Origin: Rebecca billardiae RCC1528
Lineage: Eukaryota; Protista; Haptophyta
DNA: 64,000 nt
Assembly: GCA_965240325.2 (NCBI GenBank)
Contig: OZ251249.1
Location: 806,001-870,000 of the forward strand
Direction of reading: 5' to 3'
Shown: positions 1 to 12,918 of the stretch, piece after piece
Layout of the letters: the number at the start of each line of letters is the position of its first letter
Numbering within the stretch: position 1 is the first letter of the stretch
The notes under the pieces: generated by a model
What the model saw: only the letters and a program-made list of their open reading frames with translations
What the model was told of the DNA's origin: nothing
Database searches by the model: none
Translations under genes and position numbers: made by a program

Positions 1-40
1 GCTCCGCCTCGCCCAGGTCGATGAGGAGGTCGTCGGCCAT
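1..40 (-). CDS. Possible 5' end of a gene running off the left edge (MADDLLIDLGEAE...)
   Basis: ATG at 40 in a GCGGCC-ATG-G context, open frame to the window edge with GC3-rich codons; only 13 codons visible. Confidence 0.35.
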   Translation of the reverse strand, partial: MADDLLIDLGEAE

Positions 41-463
41 GGCCGCCGTGGCGGACGACTTCGCGGCGGCCACCTCACGCCCAGTCGTGGCGGTCCGGAG
101 CCACCGGACTCACCCGAACGGCAGCCGCTCATGAAGAGTTGGTGGCGAGCGGTCAGCGGAGACCGGAGTGGTCAGTGGAGACTGGAGTACAGTAGTGAGT
201 AGCCGCTGCTGATGCGGTCATGAACACGCGCGGCCCCCGATCACTGCGACGCCGATAGATAGCTTGCCTGGCAGTTGGGCGGCTGCGTACTGGCGGCAGC
301 CGTGTCTCGTCTGAGCCGACCGGAGGCAGTCCGTGCTTGCCGCCGAGACTTTCTGACACTCCTCGGAACTCGGAAGTCAGCAGGCGCAGTGCCAAAGTGC
401 GCGGCAGTGTCAGCGAGTGCCGGGTGAAGCAGCGCGCGCGCTTCGGAGCACGGCGGCGCGGCG

Positions 464-1951
464 TCAGCGCGGGTCCACGACGCGCACCGGGCGCGGCAGC
501 TGCTCGATGCGCGCGGGCCACTCGACAGCTCGCAGCACAAACTCAGCCGTCCCAAAGGCTGCGGACTGGCCGAGGCCGAGCGCGGCCGACTGCCTGCCGC
601 ACGCGTGCGCCGCCCCGTCTGCGGTGGCAAAGAGCGCGTGGGCGCGGCCGAGCGAGCACTGCGCCACGCGCGCGCCCTCGAAGGCGGGCACGGCCTCCGG
701 CGCGCGCACCTCTTGCGGGGCCCGCGGCCCGAGCCCGAGCTGCCCACGGGCGTTGTCGCCAAACACGCGCACGCTGCCGTCCGCGCCGAGCACCGCGCTG
801 CTGTCGTAGCCAGCGCACGCGCGCACAGCGCGCACGGCGCTGAGCGCGCCGACGCGCGTGGGCGTGCGGAGCTCGGAGTCGTCGGGCTGGCCCAGGCAGC
901 CGCACCTGCCCACACCGAAGGCGTGCACGCCGCCCGCCGCGTCCACCACCAGGCTGTGCGCAAAGCCCGCACTCACGTGCGCCGCGCGCACGCCCGCGAG
1001 CGCCTCGATGCGCCTCGGCGCGCGCAGCTCCTGCGCGTCGCCGTGGCCGAGCTGGCCGCGCAGGCCCCAGCCGCACGAGTAGACGGCGCCGCCGGTGGCG
1101 AGCAGCAGCGAGTGGAACGCACCGCCGCCCACGCCGCCGATCCGCACGCCGTCCAGCGCCTCGACGCGCGCCGGCTCCCACCGGTCCTCCGTGTCGCCGT
1201 GGCCGAGCTGGCCGTGACAGTTCCAGCCCCAGCTGAACGCGGCCCCGCCCGCGCTCAGCGCGAGGCTGTGCTGGGCGCCGGCGGCGAGGCAGGCGATGCT
1301 CTCGTGCTGCAGCGCATCGAGCAGGACGAATGCCTGCTGCGTCGCGCAATCGCCCAGCCCAAGCTGGCCGCGTGAGTTGCCGCCGCAGCCGTACACGGCG
1401 CCGGCCTCGCTCAGCGCGAGCAGGTGGACCGTGCCCGCGGCGACCGCGAGGACGCGCACGGCGGAGAGCGAGGCGACGCGCGTGGGCAGGAGCACCGGGC
1501 TCCGCCCCTGGCCCAGCGCGCTCGCGCCCTCGGGCGTCCCGCCGAAGCGGGCGCCCCAAACGTGCATGCCGCTCTCCTGCCCACACGTGTGCAGCCCGCC
1601 GTCGACGTCCACGAACGCGCTGATCAGCGGCTCGTTCGACGTGCCCTGCCCGGCGACAGCCGATGTGGCGTGCGCGTGCGCGAGCTCGAGCACGCGCTCG
1701 CGCGCGAGCAGCTCCTCGCTCCACGTGCGCGCCGCCGCGGGCAGCTCGGACGGCAGCGCGTGCGCGCGCGCGCGCGCGCGCTCGCGCAGCGCGCGCTCGA
1801 CCGCCGAGCGGCCGCCCGGCGGCGCGGCGCAGAAGAGCCGACCGGCGGCGTTGGCGGCGGCGAGGTCGCGTGCGCGCGCAACGAAGCCGAGGACGCGGTC
1901 CAACGCGTCGGGTGGCAGCGTCGCGAGTAGGGGCGGGCCGCCCTCCGCCAT
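464..1951 (-). CDS. RCC1/BLIP-II repeat protein with an N-terminal F-box-like motif (495 aa, intronless)
   Basis: Repeated RCC1 motifs (AAGAQHSLAL...FSWGWNCHGQLGHGD, GAFHSLLL...YSCGWGLRGQLGHGD, SAGFAHSLVV, FGDNARGQLGLG); N-terminal LATLPPDALDRVLGFV resembles an F-box. Confidence 0.85.
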   Translation of the reverse strand: MAEGGPPLLATLPPDALDRVLGFVARARDLAAANAAGRLFCAAPPGGRSAVERALRERARARAHALPSELPAAARTWSEELLARERVLELAHAHATSAVAGQGTSNEPLISAFVDVDGGLHTCGQESGMHVWGARFGGTPEGASALGQGRSPVLLPTRVASLSAVRVLAVAAGTVHLLALSEAGAVYGCGGNSRGQLGLGDCATQQAFVLLDALQHESIACLAAGAQHSLALSAGGAAFSWGWNCHGQLGHGDTEDRWEPARVEALDGVRIGGVGGGAFHSLLLATGGAVYSCGWGLRGQLGHGDAQELRAPRRIEALAGVRAAHVSAGFAHSLVVDAAGGVHAFGVGRCGCLGQPDDSELRTPTRVGALSAVRAVRACAGYDSSAVLGADGSVRVFGDNARGQLGLGPRAPQEVRAPEAVPAFEGARVAQCSLGRAHALFATADGAAHACGRQSAALGLGQSAAFGTAEFVLRAVEWPARIEQLPRPVRVVDPR

Positions 1952-2199
1952 GGACTCCGTTCAGTTGGACGACCAGGCTGGTAGTTTGGACGGCCTGGTC
2001 TGGATCCGCGGCCTGGTCTCGTCCGAGTCCGACCCTTCGCCCGCCGCCCCGCCCTTCCGCTTTGGCTCGGGCGTTGCCTCGGCAAGCCACTGCCGCACTG
2101 GCCAAGTCATGCCGAGCTAGATCATCGCTACTGCAGGGCGGCGCGCGAGATGTTGTCGTTGACGATATATGGACACTAGTCACTACTATACGACTACGC

Positions 2200-2200
<1 letters not shown>

Positions 2201-2276
<76 letters not shown>
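2201..2276. repeat. (TA)38 microsatellite, left flank of the viral insert
   Basis: Perfect TA run read directly. Confidence 0.98.
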
Positions 2277-2957
<681 letters not shown>

Positions 2958-3823
2958 GCGCGGTCTACATGCTGCGCCGATGGCAACGGCCTGAGCTCGC
3001 GTCTCGCCATAAGTAAGTCGGACGCTCGGCCCGTCGGCGGTTGTGAACCGTCACAGTACCGGTTGTCGCGGCGGTCGACTCGAACCGGAACTCAAAGTCG
3101 GCGTCGTCGCGATCGGGACCAATCACGATTAGACGGCCACGACGGCCACGCGGCTCGGCAGAGCAGCAGAGTTGATGTAGACAGTCCACGTTGATGAGCG
3201 CGCGTCACAGGGAGTGTGATCGCGGGCCGCAGGCGTGGCCACGGGCCCGTGGGCCCGAGTGACCAGTGCGCAGTGGATGGCAGTGAGGGCGGCAGCGCAC
3301 GTCCATATGCCAGCGCACGCGGCGCACGCCTGCCGGCTGCTGCCGCGGCCGCGGCACGCGGCGCGAGCACTGTCCGCCGCGGCGACGACTGGTGTGGAGC
3401 ACAGGGGGGGTGGCGTGGAAGTAGTGTGCAGCGCACGGCGGCTCGTGGCGACGCACCCGCCCCATGGCAGCACGTGCGTCACGGTGTTCCAGCACGAGAT
3501 ACAGCACGAGATACATGCAGCGCGAGATACAGCACGAGATCGTGCGGAGGCGCCCCTCGCGCGCCGTCGGCGCTCGGGCGAGCGAGCACGCGAGCGCCGT
3601 GGGAACCATGGCAGCGACGTGACGCGTCGCGCGCTGCCCGAGGGGCGGCGCGGGCCCAGCGGCCGCCAGCCCAGCGCAGCGGCAGCGGCAGCGGCACCCG
3701 CTTGCCACGCGCCGCGTGCGCGCACCGCGCGCTGTGCCCGCTGTGAGCCCATGCCACGGCGCCCGCCCGCGCGGGCTGAGGGCCTTGCGCACGGGGCAAG
3801 CGCGGCTTGAGCGCACACACAGG

Positions 3824-6800
3824 TCAGCTCGGCGGCACGCGCTGGCCGGTGGTGCCGGCTGGCGGCGCCGCCGCCCCGCCACCGGGCGGCTGCGGCAGCG
3901 GCGTCGCGGCGGCCACGACGGGCACGGCGCCCGCGTGCTCGCCGCCCGCGTGCGCGCCGCCCGCGGCCTGATCCGCCGTTACGTCCGCCGTCACGTCCGC
4001 CGCGACGGCCGGCCCGTTGGTGCTCGCGAGCAGCAGGCTGCGCTTCTCGTCATTCTTCACGATGGACGTGAGCTCCTCGAACGTGGGCACGCGCCCACCG
4101 AACGCCTTGATCACCTCGGCCAGCTCGGTCGCCGCGTCGGCCTCGTAGTACTCGGGCGTGCGCCTCCGGTCGGTGATGTAGTGGCGGTCCTCGCGGTCGA
4201 GGTCGGGGGCAAAGAGCCTGGCGGCGCGGAGGCGCGGCGGGCGGGCGGCGGTGGTCAGCGTGGGCCAGCGGGCAGCAGTGGCGGCGGTGGTGACGGCCGT
4301 GGGGCAGCACGCCGCGCAAGTGCCATGCGCGTGTGGCTGGTGTGGCTGGGAGTGCGCCGCGCTGCGCCCGCGCCCAACACCCCGCCCCGCTGGCCAGCAC
4401 ACGCGCCCTCTGGCCGCGCCCTCCTGACGCTTCACCGCTCCGCGCTGCCACGCCCTGCACGCGCACGGCCCCGCGCACACGCAGTGCACACGGCCCGGCG
4501 CGCGCACGGCACGCACGCAGCGCACGGCACGCAGCACGCAGCAGCACGCAGCAGCACGCAGCAGCACGCAGCAGCACGCAGCAGCACGCAGCAGCACGCA
4601 GCAGTGCGCACCAGCCCAGGATGAAGGGAAACATGCGCGGCGCAAAGATGCTGCCCATGCTCGAGCAGAAGACGAACACGTCCGAGAACCAGTCGAGCAG
4701 AAGACGAACACGTCCGAGAACCAGTCGAGCGCGTTGTTTGCGAACCGCGAGTAGATCACCAGCATGTCGCTGGCGGCGGCGGCGGCGGCGGTGGGCAGCG
4801 GGGCGCACGCACAGCGCGCGCGGGGGAGGGGGTCCGGGGCGCGCGTGAGCCGGCGCAGCGGACGGTGAGGAACGATGGCGGCACGCGGCCCTGGGGCGGC
4901 AGCACTCGGCGCGGGCTCGGCGTGCCCGCAGCTCAGACGCACACGCACACACGCACACACGCCCACGCGCGCGCACGCCCACGCGCACACAGCGGGCGAT
5001 GCGCGCACGCAGTACGCCCACGCGCGCGCACGCAGTACATACGCGCGCACACCTGGCAATGCGCGCAACGCCCTGCACGACAGCGGCGCGCGGCAGCCGC
5101 CTCAGCTGGTACGAGCGGAGGGCAGCGGGCACGTCCGAGCGCCTCTGGACCTCCTTGAGCTCGATCGCCAGCCGGTACGCGTCCTCGATCGCCTGGCACC
5201 CGCCCTGCCCCAGGTTGGGCATCATAGGGTGCGCCGCGTCGCCCATGATGGTCACAGAACCGTCCACCCAGCCGCGCAGCACCTCGGGCGCGCGGTCGAA
5301 CGTGTCGCGCCTCGAGATCTCGGCGTCGGGGGTCGCGTCGAGGACGTCGAGGACCTGCGGCGGGGAGGGAGGGCGGGGCGCGGGGTGGTGCGCGACACGG
5401 CGGTACGTGAGTGCCGCGGGGCGAGCGCGCGAGGGAGCCGGGCAGCCGAGCATGCGGCCGGCGGCCGGCGCGCGCGCCTCGGGCGGCGCTGGCCGCGCGC
5501 CCGCGCGGCGCGGCGCGGCACGGCGCGACGCGACGCGGCGCGGCGCGCACCTCCTGCTGCCAGCCGGCAAAGGCGTCGCGCAGCGTCTGCCCGTACTGCG
5601 CCTGCGGCTCGGACGTGCCCACCTGCGTGTAGATGAACGCGTACCTGCGACCCACGCGGCGCCGCGCACAGGTGACGCACGCGCGCGCGCGCGAGCAACA
5701 AACGTCAGTCTGTGGCCGCTCGCAGGAGCAGCGCACGCGCGCCGCCGGTGCCCACGACACGGCGCGCTCGCTCGAGCACCCTCGCCGCCCCCACGGCGCG
5801 CCGCGCGCGCTCGACGCGGCAACGGGCGCTCACACACACACGCACGCACGCCCACGCCTCGGCGGCGCACGCCCACGCGCGCGCGCTGCGCCGCACGCAC
5901 GCACCACTCCTGCATGCCGTTGCCAATGTCACAGAGCACAAAGTATTTCTTCCGGCCGATATAAACCTTGTACGCCACGATGGCGGCCTCCTCGGGCGTG
6001 TACGTGCAGCGCGCCTCGTAGCACGCGTACCTGCGCACGCGGGAGGCGGCGAGGCGCGGCGGCGGGCGTGAGCACGGCGGGAGGAGGGGGCGCCGGCGGC
6101 CGCGCGCGCAGGCGCCGGCCGCGCACAGCGCGCCGCGCGCAGCGCGCCGCGCGCCGCGCGCCGCACCCCGAGTTCGGGCGTGATCGGCCCCTGCCCGTGC
6201 AGCACCGAGCGCACCGCGCTCCACAGCCCGTCCGCGCCCACGAGCACGTCGCCCTCCGCCGCGGAGCCGTCTCCAAACGTCGCGCGCACGCGGTTGGCCC
6301 CGCTCGGCAGCCGCTCCTGCGTGTACCCGGTGACCTGCTTGTTGTAGTGGATGTGGACGCGCGGGTTGTCCGCCACGCCCGCGTGGAAGAGGTCGACCAG
6401 CGTCTGCCGCTTGATCACGCGCGTGAGCGGCATCCCCGACCGCCGCGCCGGCTCGCGCGTGTCGAACATGCAAAACCACTTGCCGTTCAGCCCGTCCTTG
6501 ACTCCGTTCACGCGGCACGCGTTGATCACGCCGACGCGCATCGCCTCGCGCGCGAGGGTGCGGTTGATCGCCTCGATCGAGGCGAGCGCGTTCGACTGGA
6601 TCAGGATCGGCCCGCCCGTCGTGCGCAGCTCCGGCGCCTTCTCGAACAGGTGCACCTCGTGGCCGGCCTTGGCGAGGCCGTTCGCCGCGAGCATGCCGCC
6701 GATGCCCGCGCCGGCGATGAGGACGCGCAGCCGGCTGGCGTCGGAGAGCTCGTCGGGCACGGGCTCGTCCGTCGGCGCGGGGAACGTCGCGCTCGGCGCC

Positions 6801-6997
6801 GCGCCCCACGACGAGGCGAGCACGCGCGAGCGCGTGCCGAGCGGCATGCGCGTCGCCGCGGCCGCGCGCCCCACGCGCGCGGTGCGCACGGCGCGCGAGG
6901 CGACGCCCTCGCCGCCCAGCCGGAGCACGGCGAGGACGAGCAGCGAGAGCGCCAGCCGCACCGCGCCGCACGCCCGGCGATGATGGCGCGCCGCCAT
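3824..6997 (-). CDS. ZEP: Zeaxanthin epoxidase-family FAD monooxygenase, multi-exon, with N-terminal targeting peptide; two apparent frame disruptions as assembled
   Basis: VLIAGAGIGG, GGPILIQSNAL, NGVKDG..KWF..FD, GMPLTRVI, DVLVGADGLWS, GDAAHPMMPNLGQGGCQAIEDA. Approximate exons 6997-6167, 6030-5905, 5644-5551, 5354-5054, 4770-4612, 4217-3824. Confidence 0.85.
4531..4603. repeat. 10-bp tandem repeat (GCAGCACGCA) x ~7 in the last ZEP intron
   Basis: Read directly. Confidence 0.9.
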
Positions 6998-7288
6998 GCT
7001 CGGTGTGTCGCGAAGGCCTGCGCCGCGCGAGGCTTGCTGGCCCAGCCCAGCGCCCGCGCTGATGGGATCCGATGACGCGCTCGAAGGTTTCCAGACTCGC
7101 CAGAAGCGCGCTGCGGCCCAAACGCCAATCAAGCGCGCTTCGTCGCCGTCCGGCCGAGACGACGCAGCGGCCGAGGCGGGCGAGGAGTCCGGAGAGAGCT
7201 ATCCGGACTGCCACCGCGACCTTCTGCTGGGCGGCAAGAGGGCGGCGGCTCGCGCTGCTCGCATTTTGGTGGGTGCGCAGGCGGCGCG

Positions 7289-7450
7289 ATGGCGCAGGCC
7301 GACGAGAGCGGAGGCGCGTCGCGCCTCGAGATCACCAACGACCACCTCGTCGGCGCCGGCATAACCTGGACCGTCTGCTGCCTCCTCATCACCGTCGCCA
7401 CCTCGGTGGCGCTCATCGTCATCGTCCTCAACGCGCAGATGGCACGGTGA
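7289..7450 (+). CDS. Small single-pass membrane protein (53 aa), below the ORF-track cutoff
   Basis: MAQADESGGASRLEITNDHLVGAGITWTVCCLLITVATSVALIVIVLNAQMAR*; strong C/G third-position bias and one hydrophobic helix; divergent from ZEP. Confidence 0.55.
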   Translation: MAQADESGGASRLEITNDHLVGAGITWTVCCLLITVATSVALIVIVLNAQMAR

Positions 7451-8527
7451 TGGCGCGGCCGCCGCATCAACGCGCTTGCCACCGGGCGGCGCGCCTCGAG
7501 CTGGCTGCCAGCAGCGGCGCATGCGGGGAGCGCGCGCGCAGATGCGCTGGGCTGGACCTACCACGCACTGGGGCCCGCGGTGGGTGCACCGCGCTCGGTG
7601 CTTCCACGCAGAAGGATGGCGACCGCATTTGGTGGCGGCTACGATCGGGCGCCGGGTGCGGCCTCACGGCCTCGGAGCGTGGCGCGCATTCTTCTCACAC
7701 ACAGCGGTCGTAGGCCATCGGCCCGAGCCTGCTGACGGCCAGTCGCACTGTCAGCGCGCGGGAGACGGCCGACGGCGGCCTAGCCGGTATATGTCCCGGG
7801 GACCCGTCTCAGAGTGGAGGACCAATTCCGATCCGGTCGTCATCAGTTATGGGACGAATATGGCGTCCGCCTGAGCCGCCGCCGCGCGCGCGACCTACCG
7901 CCATTCCGTTCGTCAGGCTCGTCACGATACTACGTACGCGGTACGGTACGTCGTAGTCGTCGTCGTCGTATGCGGCGGTACATATGATAGCAGCAGACTC
8001 TGTTAAGAGTAAATAATAGTTTATTAATCGGCGCCGCATCGATATATATCTGATCTGACTACGATTATGTCCGCCTGTCGTCACTCGCAGCCGGAGTCGC
8101 GGCACGCCCAGGCGGCGGCACGGCCGACTGTCGGCCGAGTCGGATCGGCCCGGACCGTGTTCACCGACCGCTGTTCGGCCACGGCGGCGGTAGTGATGTC
8201 GTCCGGGTAGCAGTAGACGTAGTCGGACCGGGACGACGCCTGTCGGACTGACAAGCTGCTGTACGTTCGCGCAAGCTGGCGTGGATCAGGATGATGACGA
8301 CAGCCCGAGGCGGCGGTCCGTAACTCCGTACGGCGGCGCCAGGGCCGCGCGGGCGCCCCCCACCCCCGCCCATCCGACCGGACAGCCGACGGCCCGCGGT
8401 GCGGCCGTGGCATGAGCCGCGACGATGGCCACCCCGTGGCCCGCTGGACAGCCGCTGGTGGCCGGTGGGAGCGTTTTCCACGCTCGTCGGCTTGTCGGGC
8501 GCCAGCCAGACCACCCGGACCGGATGA

Positions 8528-11500
8528 TCACACGGCCGTCGGCGGCGGCGGTGGCGGCGGCGGCGGCGATGCCTCGCTCCGCTGGCGGCCGTCGCGCGCC
8601 GCGTCGGCCGGCGGACCCATCGCCCGCGGCGCTCGCGCCCTCCCGCCGCCTGCGCCGCCGCGCGGCGCCGCCACCGAGGCCGAGCTGGGCGCACCGCCGT
8701 CACCGCCGCCCGGCCGGCGCGGCCGGCGCCTCTTGGCGCGCGCGGGCGAGCGGGGCACGCCGCGCGCGCCGCCGCCGCGCTCGGTCGGGACGGAGCGCTG
8801 CCGGCCGTCGGCGCCACTGCCGCCGCCGCCCGCGCGTGCCGAGGCGGGCGGCGGCGCGAGCGGCGACGGCGGCACCGCCCCCGCCGCCGCCGCCCGCGCC
8901 GCCGGCGGCACGGCCGTCGGCGGCGGCGCGGGCCGGCGCGGCGGCGGATCGCCGTCAAACTGCAGCGCTTCGAACGCCAAGTACTTGACACGCGACAGCC
9001 GCGAGTTGGGGTGCGTGCTCACCTGCGCCGTGCGCGCGTGCGTGGGCGGGGGAAGGGGCGGGGCGCACGCGCCGCAGCACGCCGCGCCGTGCGCAGCGCG
9101 CGCGCGGGCGCGCAGCAGTCAGTCAGGCAGTCAGTCAGGCAGTCAGTCAGGCAGTCAGTCAGGCAGTCAGTCAGGCAGTCAGCCAGGCAGTCAGGCAGGC
9201 AGTCAGGCAGTCAGGCAGGCAGGATGGCCCCTCCCGCGCCGCACGCGCCGGCGCGAGCGCCGCGCAACGCGCCGCGCGGCGCGCGCCCCCGCCGCGCGCG
9301 CACGTAGGCCGCGACAAAGTCCGCCACCTGCTCGGAGACGCGCGAGCGGTCCGGCTCGTGGCCATCCACCTCCACGACCAGCTTGTGGTTGCCGCCCTTG
9401 ATCAGGATGACGCCGATCGTCGAGCGCAGCGCGTACTCCGTGTCCGTGCGCAGCGAGTAGGGCGGCAGCCCGGCAAAGACAATGTCCCATCGGTCGCCGT
9501 CCGCGCGGTTGCGGAAGCCCACCTGCGCGCGGTGCGCCGCGGCGCGGCGGGTGGGCGGCTCGGTTCGGGCGGGTGGGGCGCGCGCGGCCGCGCGCCGCCA
9601 CGCGTCCGCGTCGCCACAGCAGCACACGGCGGGGCAAATTCACCAAGACCCCGACACAGACATCAGAAATCCTTCCAAGCACAGCTCAGGCTGGGGGCGG
9701 CGTGGGCGTGTGCACGTGCGCGCACCAGCTCGCCGTACTCGCAGATGCGCGTGAGCTGCTCCCAGCGCGGGCCAGTCCTGCGCTCGACGACTGCGCGCGC
9801 GCCCCCCTGCTCGATGATGTTGATGATGGCCTGCGACACGCACGCGCACACGCGCACACACACACACACACGCACACACACACACACAAGCACGCGCGCA
9901 CACACACACACACACGCACACACACACGCGCGCGCACAGCCGCCCACAGGGGGCGGGAAGGGGGTGTGGGCGCGGTGTGCCGTGTGCGCCACCGCGGCCG
10001 GAGCGCAGGCGGGGCAGCAGCGGGGCCGGTGAGCAGGCGGGGCAGCAGCAGCGGGGCCGGTGAGCAGGCCACGCGCGCACAGGCTGGCGGCGGGCGCTCT
10101 CCGGCCGCGGGCGGAGGGGCGCAGCCGCGCACGGCGGCGGCGGCGGCAGCGGCGGCACGCACCTCGAGCGAGCGGAACGGCTCGGTCGACTTCTCGTCCG
10201 GACCGAACCGGGCATTGGCCAGGTCGGGCGCTGGCGCCGTGCGCTGCGCAGCGCCAGCCGCAGCGCCGCTCGCAGCGCGGCCTTCGCCTTCGCCTTCGCC
10301 TTCGCCTTGGGCCGCGCGAGCCGCGGCCGCGGCCGTCGGCGCGGCTGGCGCGGTCGCGGCGCCGGCGCTCGGCGCGGGCGCGGCCGCCGTCGGCCCGACG
10401 CCCGCCCCCGGCTCCGCCGCCGGCGCAAGCGCCGAGCCAGCCCCCTCGCGCGCACGCGGCGCGCCCCCCTCGCCCTCGCCCGCGCCCCCGACGTTGATCC
10501 GGGGCCTGGGCGCTCGCGGCGGCGGCGGCGGCGGGTCGAGACGGGTGCGGCCGCGCACCAAGTCCCACGCCGTCACGACGGGCAGCCGCTCCGCGGGGGC
10601 GATGCGGAGCATGCCTGCGCGGCGCGGCGCGGGGGAGGGCGCGCGCGTGGGCGGAGGGCTCGAGCGTGCCGCGGGGTGCACGCGGGGCGCGCGCGCCGTG
10701 TGCCCAGCCCACCGCCGCCACCTCCGGCCGCCGCCGCGTGCACCGCCCGCCCACGCCGGCCTCCCCCGCCGTTACGCCCGCCGTTACGCGCGAGGCCGCC
10801 CCCGCCAGCCGCCTGCCTCCCCCGCCGTTACGCCCGCCGTTACGCCCGCCGTTACGCCCGCGCGCGCGGCCGCCCGCGTACCCAGCACGAGCTCGACAGT
10901 CCAGCCGTGGTCGAAGAGGTAACCGCCGCCGCCATCGTTGAGCGAGGCGAGCAGCTCCGCGGACGCGTCCAGACTGGGCGCGCGCGGGGGGGGGGCGGCG
11001 GGGTGGCCGGGGGCGGGCGGTCAGCCAGCTCGCGGCGCGGGGCGGCGGCCACCGGCGGGGGCGCGCGCCGGGCTCGCTCTGAGCGTGCGCGCCGCGCGCG
11101 CGCGCACCGCTCGGCGATGGTGCGCGCGACGGCGCGGCGCTCTGAGAACTCGAGCCTGCGCCAGTCCACGCGCCCTGCGAACGGCGACGCGCGCAGCCTG
11201 CCGAACAGCATGCACAGCAGCACACCCACAGACCAGGCTGCGAGGCGGCGCAGCGGCGCGGCGCGGAAGCGGCGCGGAAGCGGCGGCGCGGAAGGAGCGC
11301 GGAAGGAGCGCGGAATGGAAAGAGAAGGCCGCGAGAATCGACAGAGGCGCCGGTGCGAAGGGGTGCGCGCGCGCGGGGCAGCGGCGGCGTGCCGGCGTGA
11401 GCGCACGACCCATCCATCGAGGCGCCGATCGATCCGCCGGGCGGTCCGGGCGGCACTGCCACGCGCCCGACGCCACACCGCCACGCTGCGCGCGCGCGCG

Positions 11501-12918
11501 CGGGCACGGGGCGGGGTGCGCGCGCGCACACACACGCGGCAGCCTCCGCGCTCGGCCGCGCGCCGCGCCCGCCGCGTTCCGCGCGCGCGCGCACCGTCCA
11601 TGGCGAGCAGCGCGCGCAGGTTGGACTGCACGACGGTTCCGCCGAGAATCTCTGGCGGCGCGTACGCCCACGTGCGTGGCACCTGCCAGCGCGGCGCGGC
11701 GCGCGGCGCGCGCGAGCGGGCGGGCACGCCGGGCGAGCGCGCGCGCGCGTGGGCGTGCGCGCGCGCGCGGCTCGCGCGGCTCGCGCGGCGCCGGGGCGGG
11801 CGCGCCCGCTCAGCCATCCCCCGGCCGCGCCGCCGCCTTGCGCGCACCTGCCACCGCGGCTGCTGCAGCAGCACCGGCCCCGCCCCTAAGCCGATCAGCT
11901 GCAGCCGCAGCGCGCCGCCGCGGTCGCGACCAATACGCACGGCGTCCGAGTGCAGCGCCAGGTGAGGAAGCGAGCGCTTGTGGAGGTAGGCGATGGCGGC
12001 GAGCAGGTCGCGCACGAGCTGCGTCTGCTCGCGCTCCGCCGCGCCGCCCGCCCGCGCGCCCGCGCCCTTGGCGCCGCGCGCGCCGCCGCCGCGCCGCGCC
12101 GCGCCCGCGCCGCCGCCGTCGGCGCCGGCCGAGCGATCATCCGACGCGTCCGCCTCTGCCGCCCACGCGTCCCAGTCGAACTCCTCGAGCGGCGGGCCGA
12201 GCGCCTCGAAGGCGTGGAAGTGGCGGCCGCGCACCTCGAACGAGCGCACGTACGCGCCGAGCGCGAACGGCGCGCCGCCGTCGCGCCGGATCGACTCGTA
12301 CTCCGAGCGCTCGGCGAGCCAGGACTCATGCGAATCCGCTTCGATGATGAGCGTCTCAGGCGCGAGCGACCACGGACCTGCGCCCTCGGACGCGTCGTCG
12401 TCGGCGGCGGCGTCGTCGTCGGCGGGCGAAGGGCCACCGGCGCGGAGCGCCGGGCCGTCCGCCCACGCGCCGTCCGAGCCCGCGGCGCGGCCGTCTGCGC
12501 CGGGCCGCCGCGCGCTGTCCGCCGGCGCGGCCGCGCCGCCGCCGACTCGCCTCAGGCCAACCGCGTCGCCGAGGTCGCTCGCGGCGAGCGGCGTGCCCTG
12601 CGCCGTGCTCAGCTCGTCGTCGTCGATGGGTATGGGCGGCGGGGCCATCCTCGCGCACGCGCGAGCCGCACCGACGCGAGCGCGCGCCAGCAGGGCGCGC
12701 GCCGCCGTGCGCGGCGGCGCGAGCAGGAGGCCTGCGGGCGCGCGCGCGAGCGGCGGCAGCAGCAGCAGCAGCAGCAGCACGGGGAAGACATGCGCAAGGG
12801 CGAGGCGCGGCGCGAGGCCGCGCAACGCCCCACACGCGCTCGCGCGGCGCCTCGGCGCCCGCGACACCGCCGCCGCCATCCCCGCGTCGGCCAGCCAGCC
12901 GCCAGGCCGAGTGGCCAT
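8528..12918 (-). CDS. Predicted targeted protein: pseudokinase domain fused to a C-terminal inorganic-pyrophosphatase-like domain (8 exons)
   Basis: Exons 12918-11848, 11682-11595, 11237-11108, 10973-10882, 10614-10163, 9830-9726, 9522-9304, 9022-8528 join in frame through GT-AG introns. Kinase-like QLVRDLLAAIAYLH, YAPPE, DAWSVGVLL, MLRIAPAERL; PPase-like YGELVGFRNRADGDRWDIV...IGVILIKGGNHKL. Confidence 0.7.
9116..9222. repeat. Intronic CAGT/CAGG-based microsatellite
   Basis: (CAGTCAGTCAGG)n-like run read directly. Confidence 0.85.
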
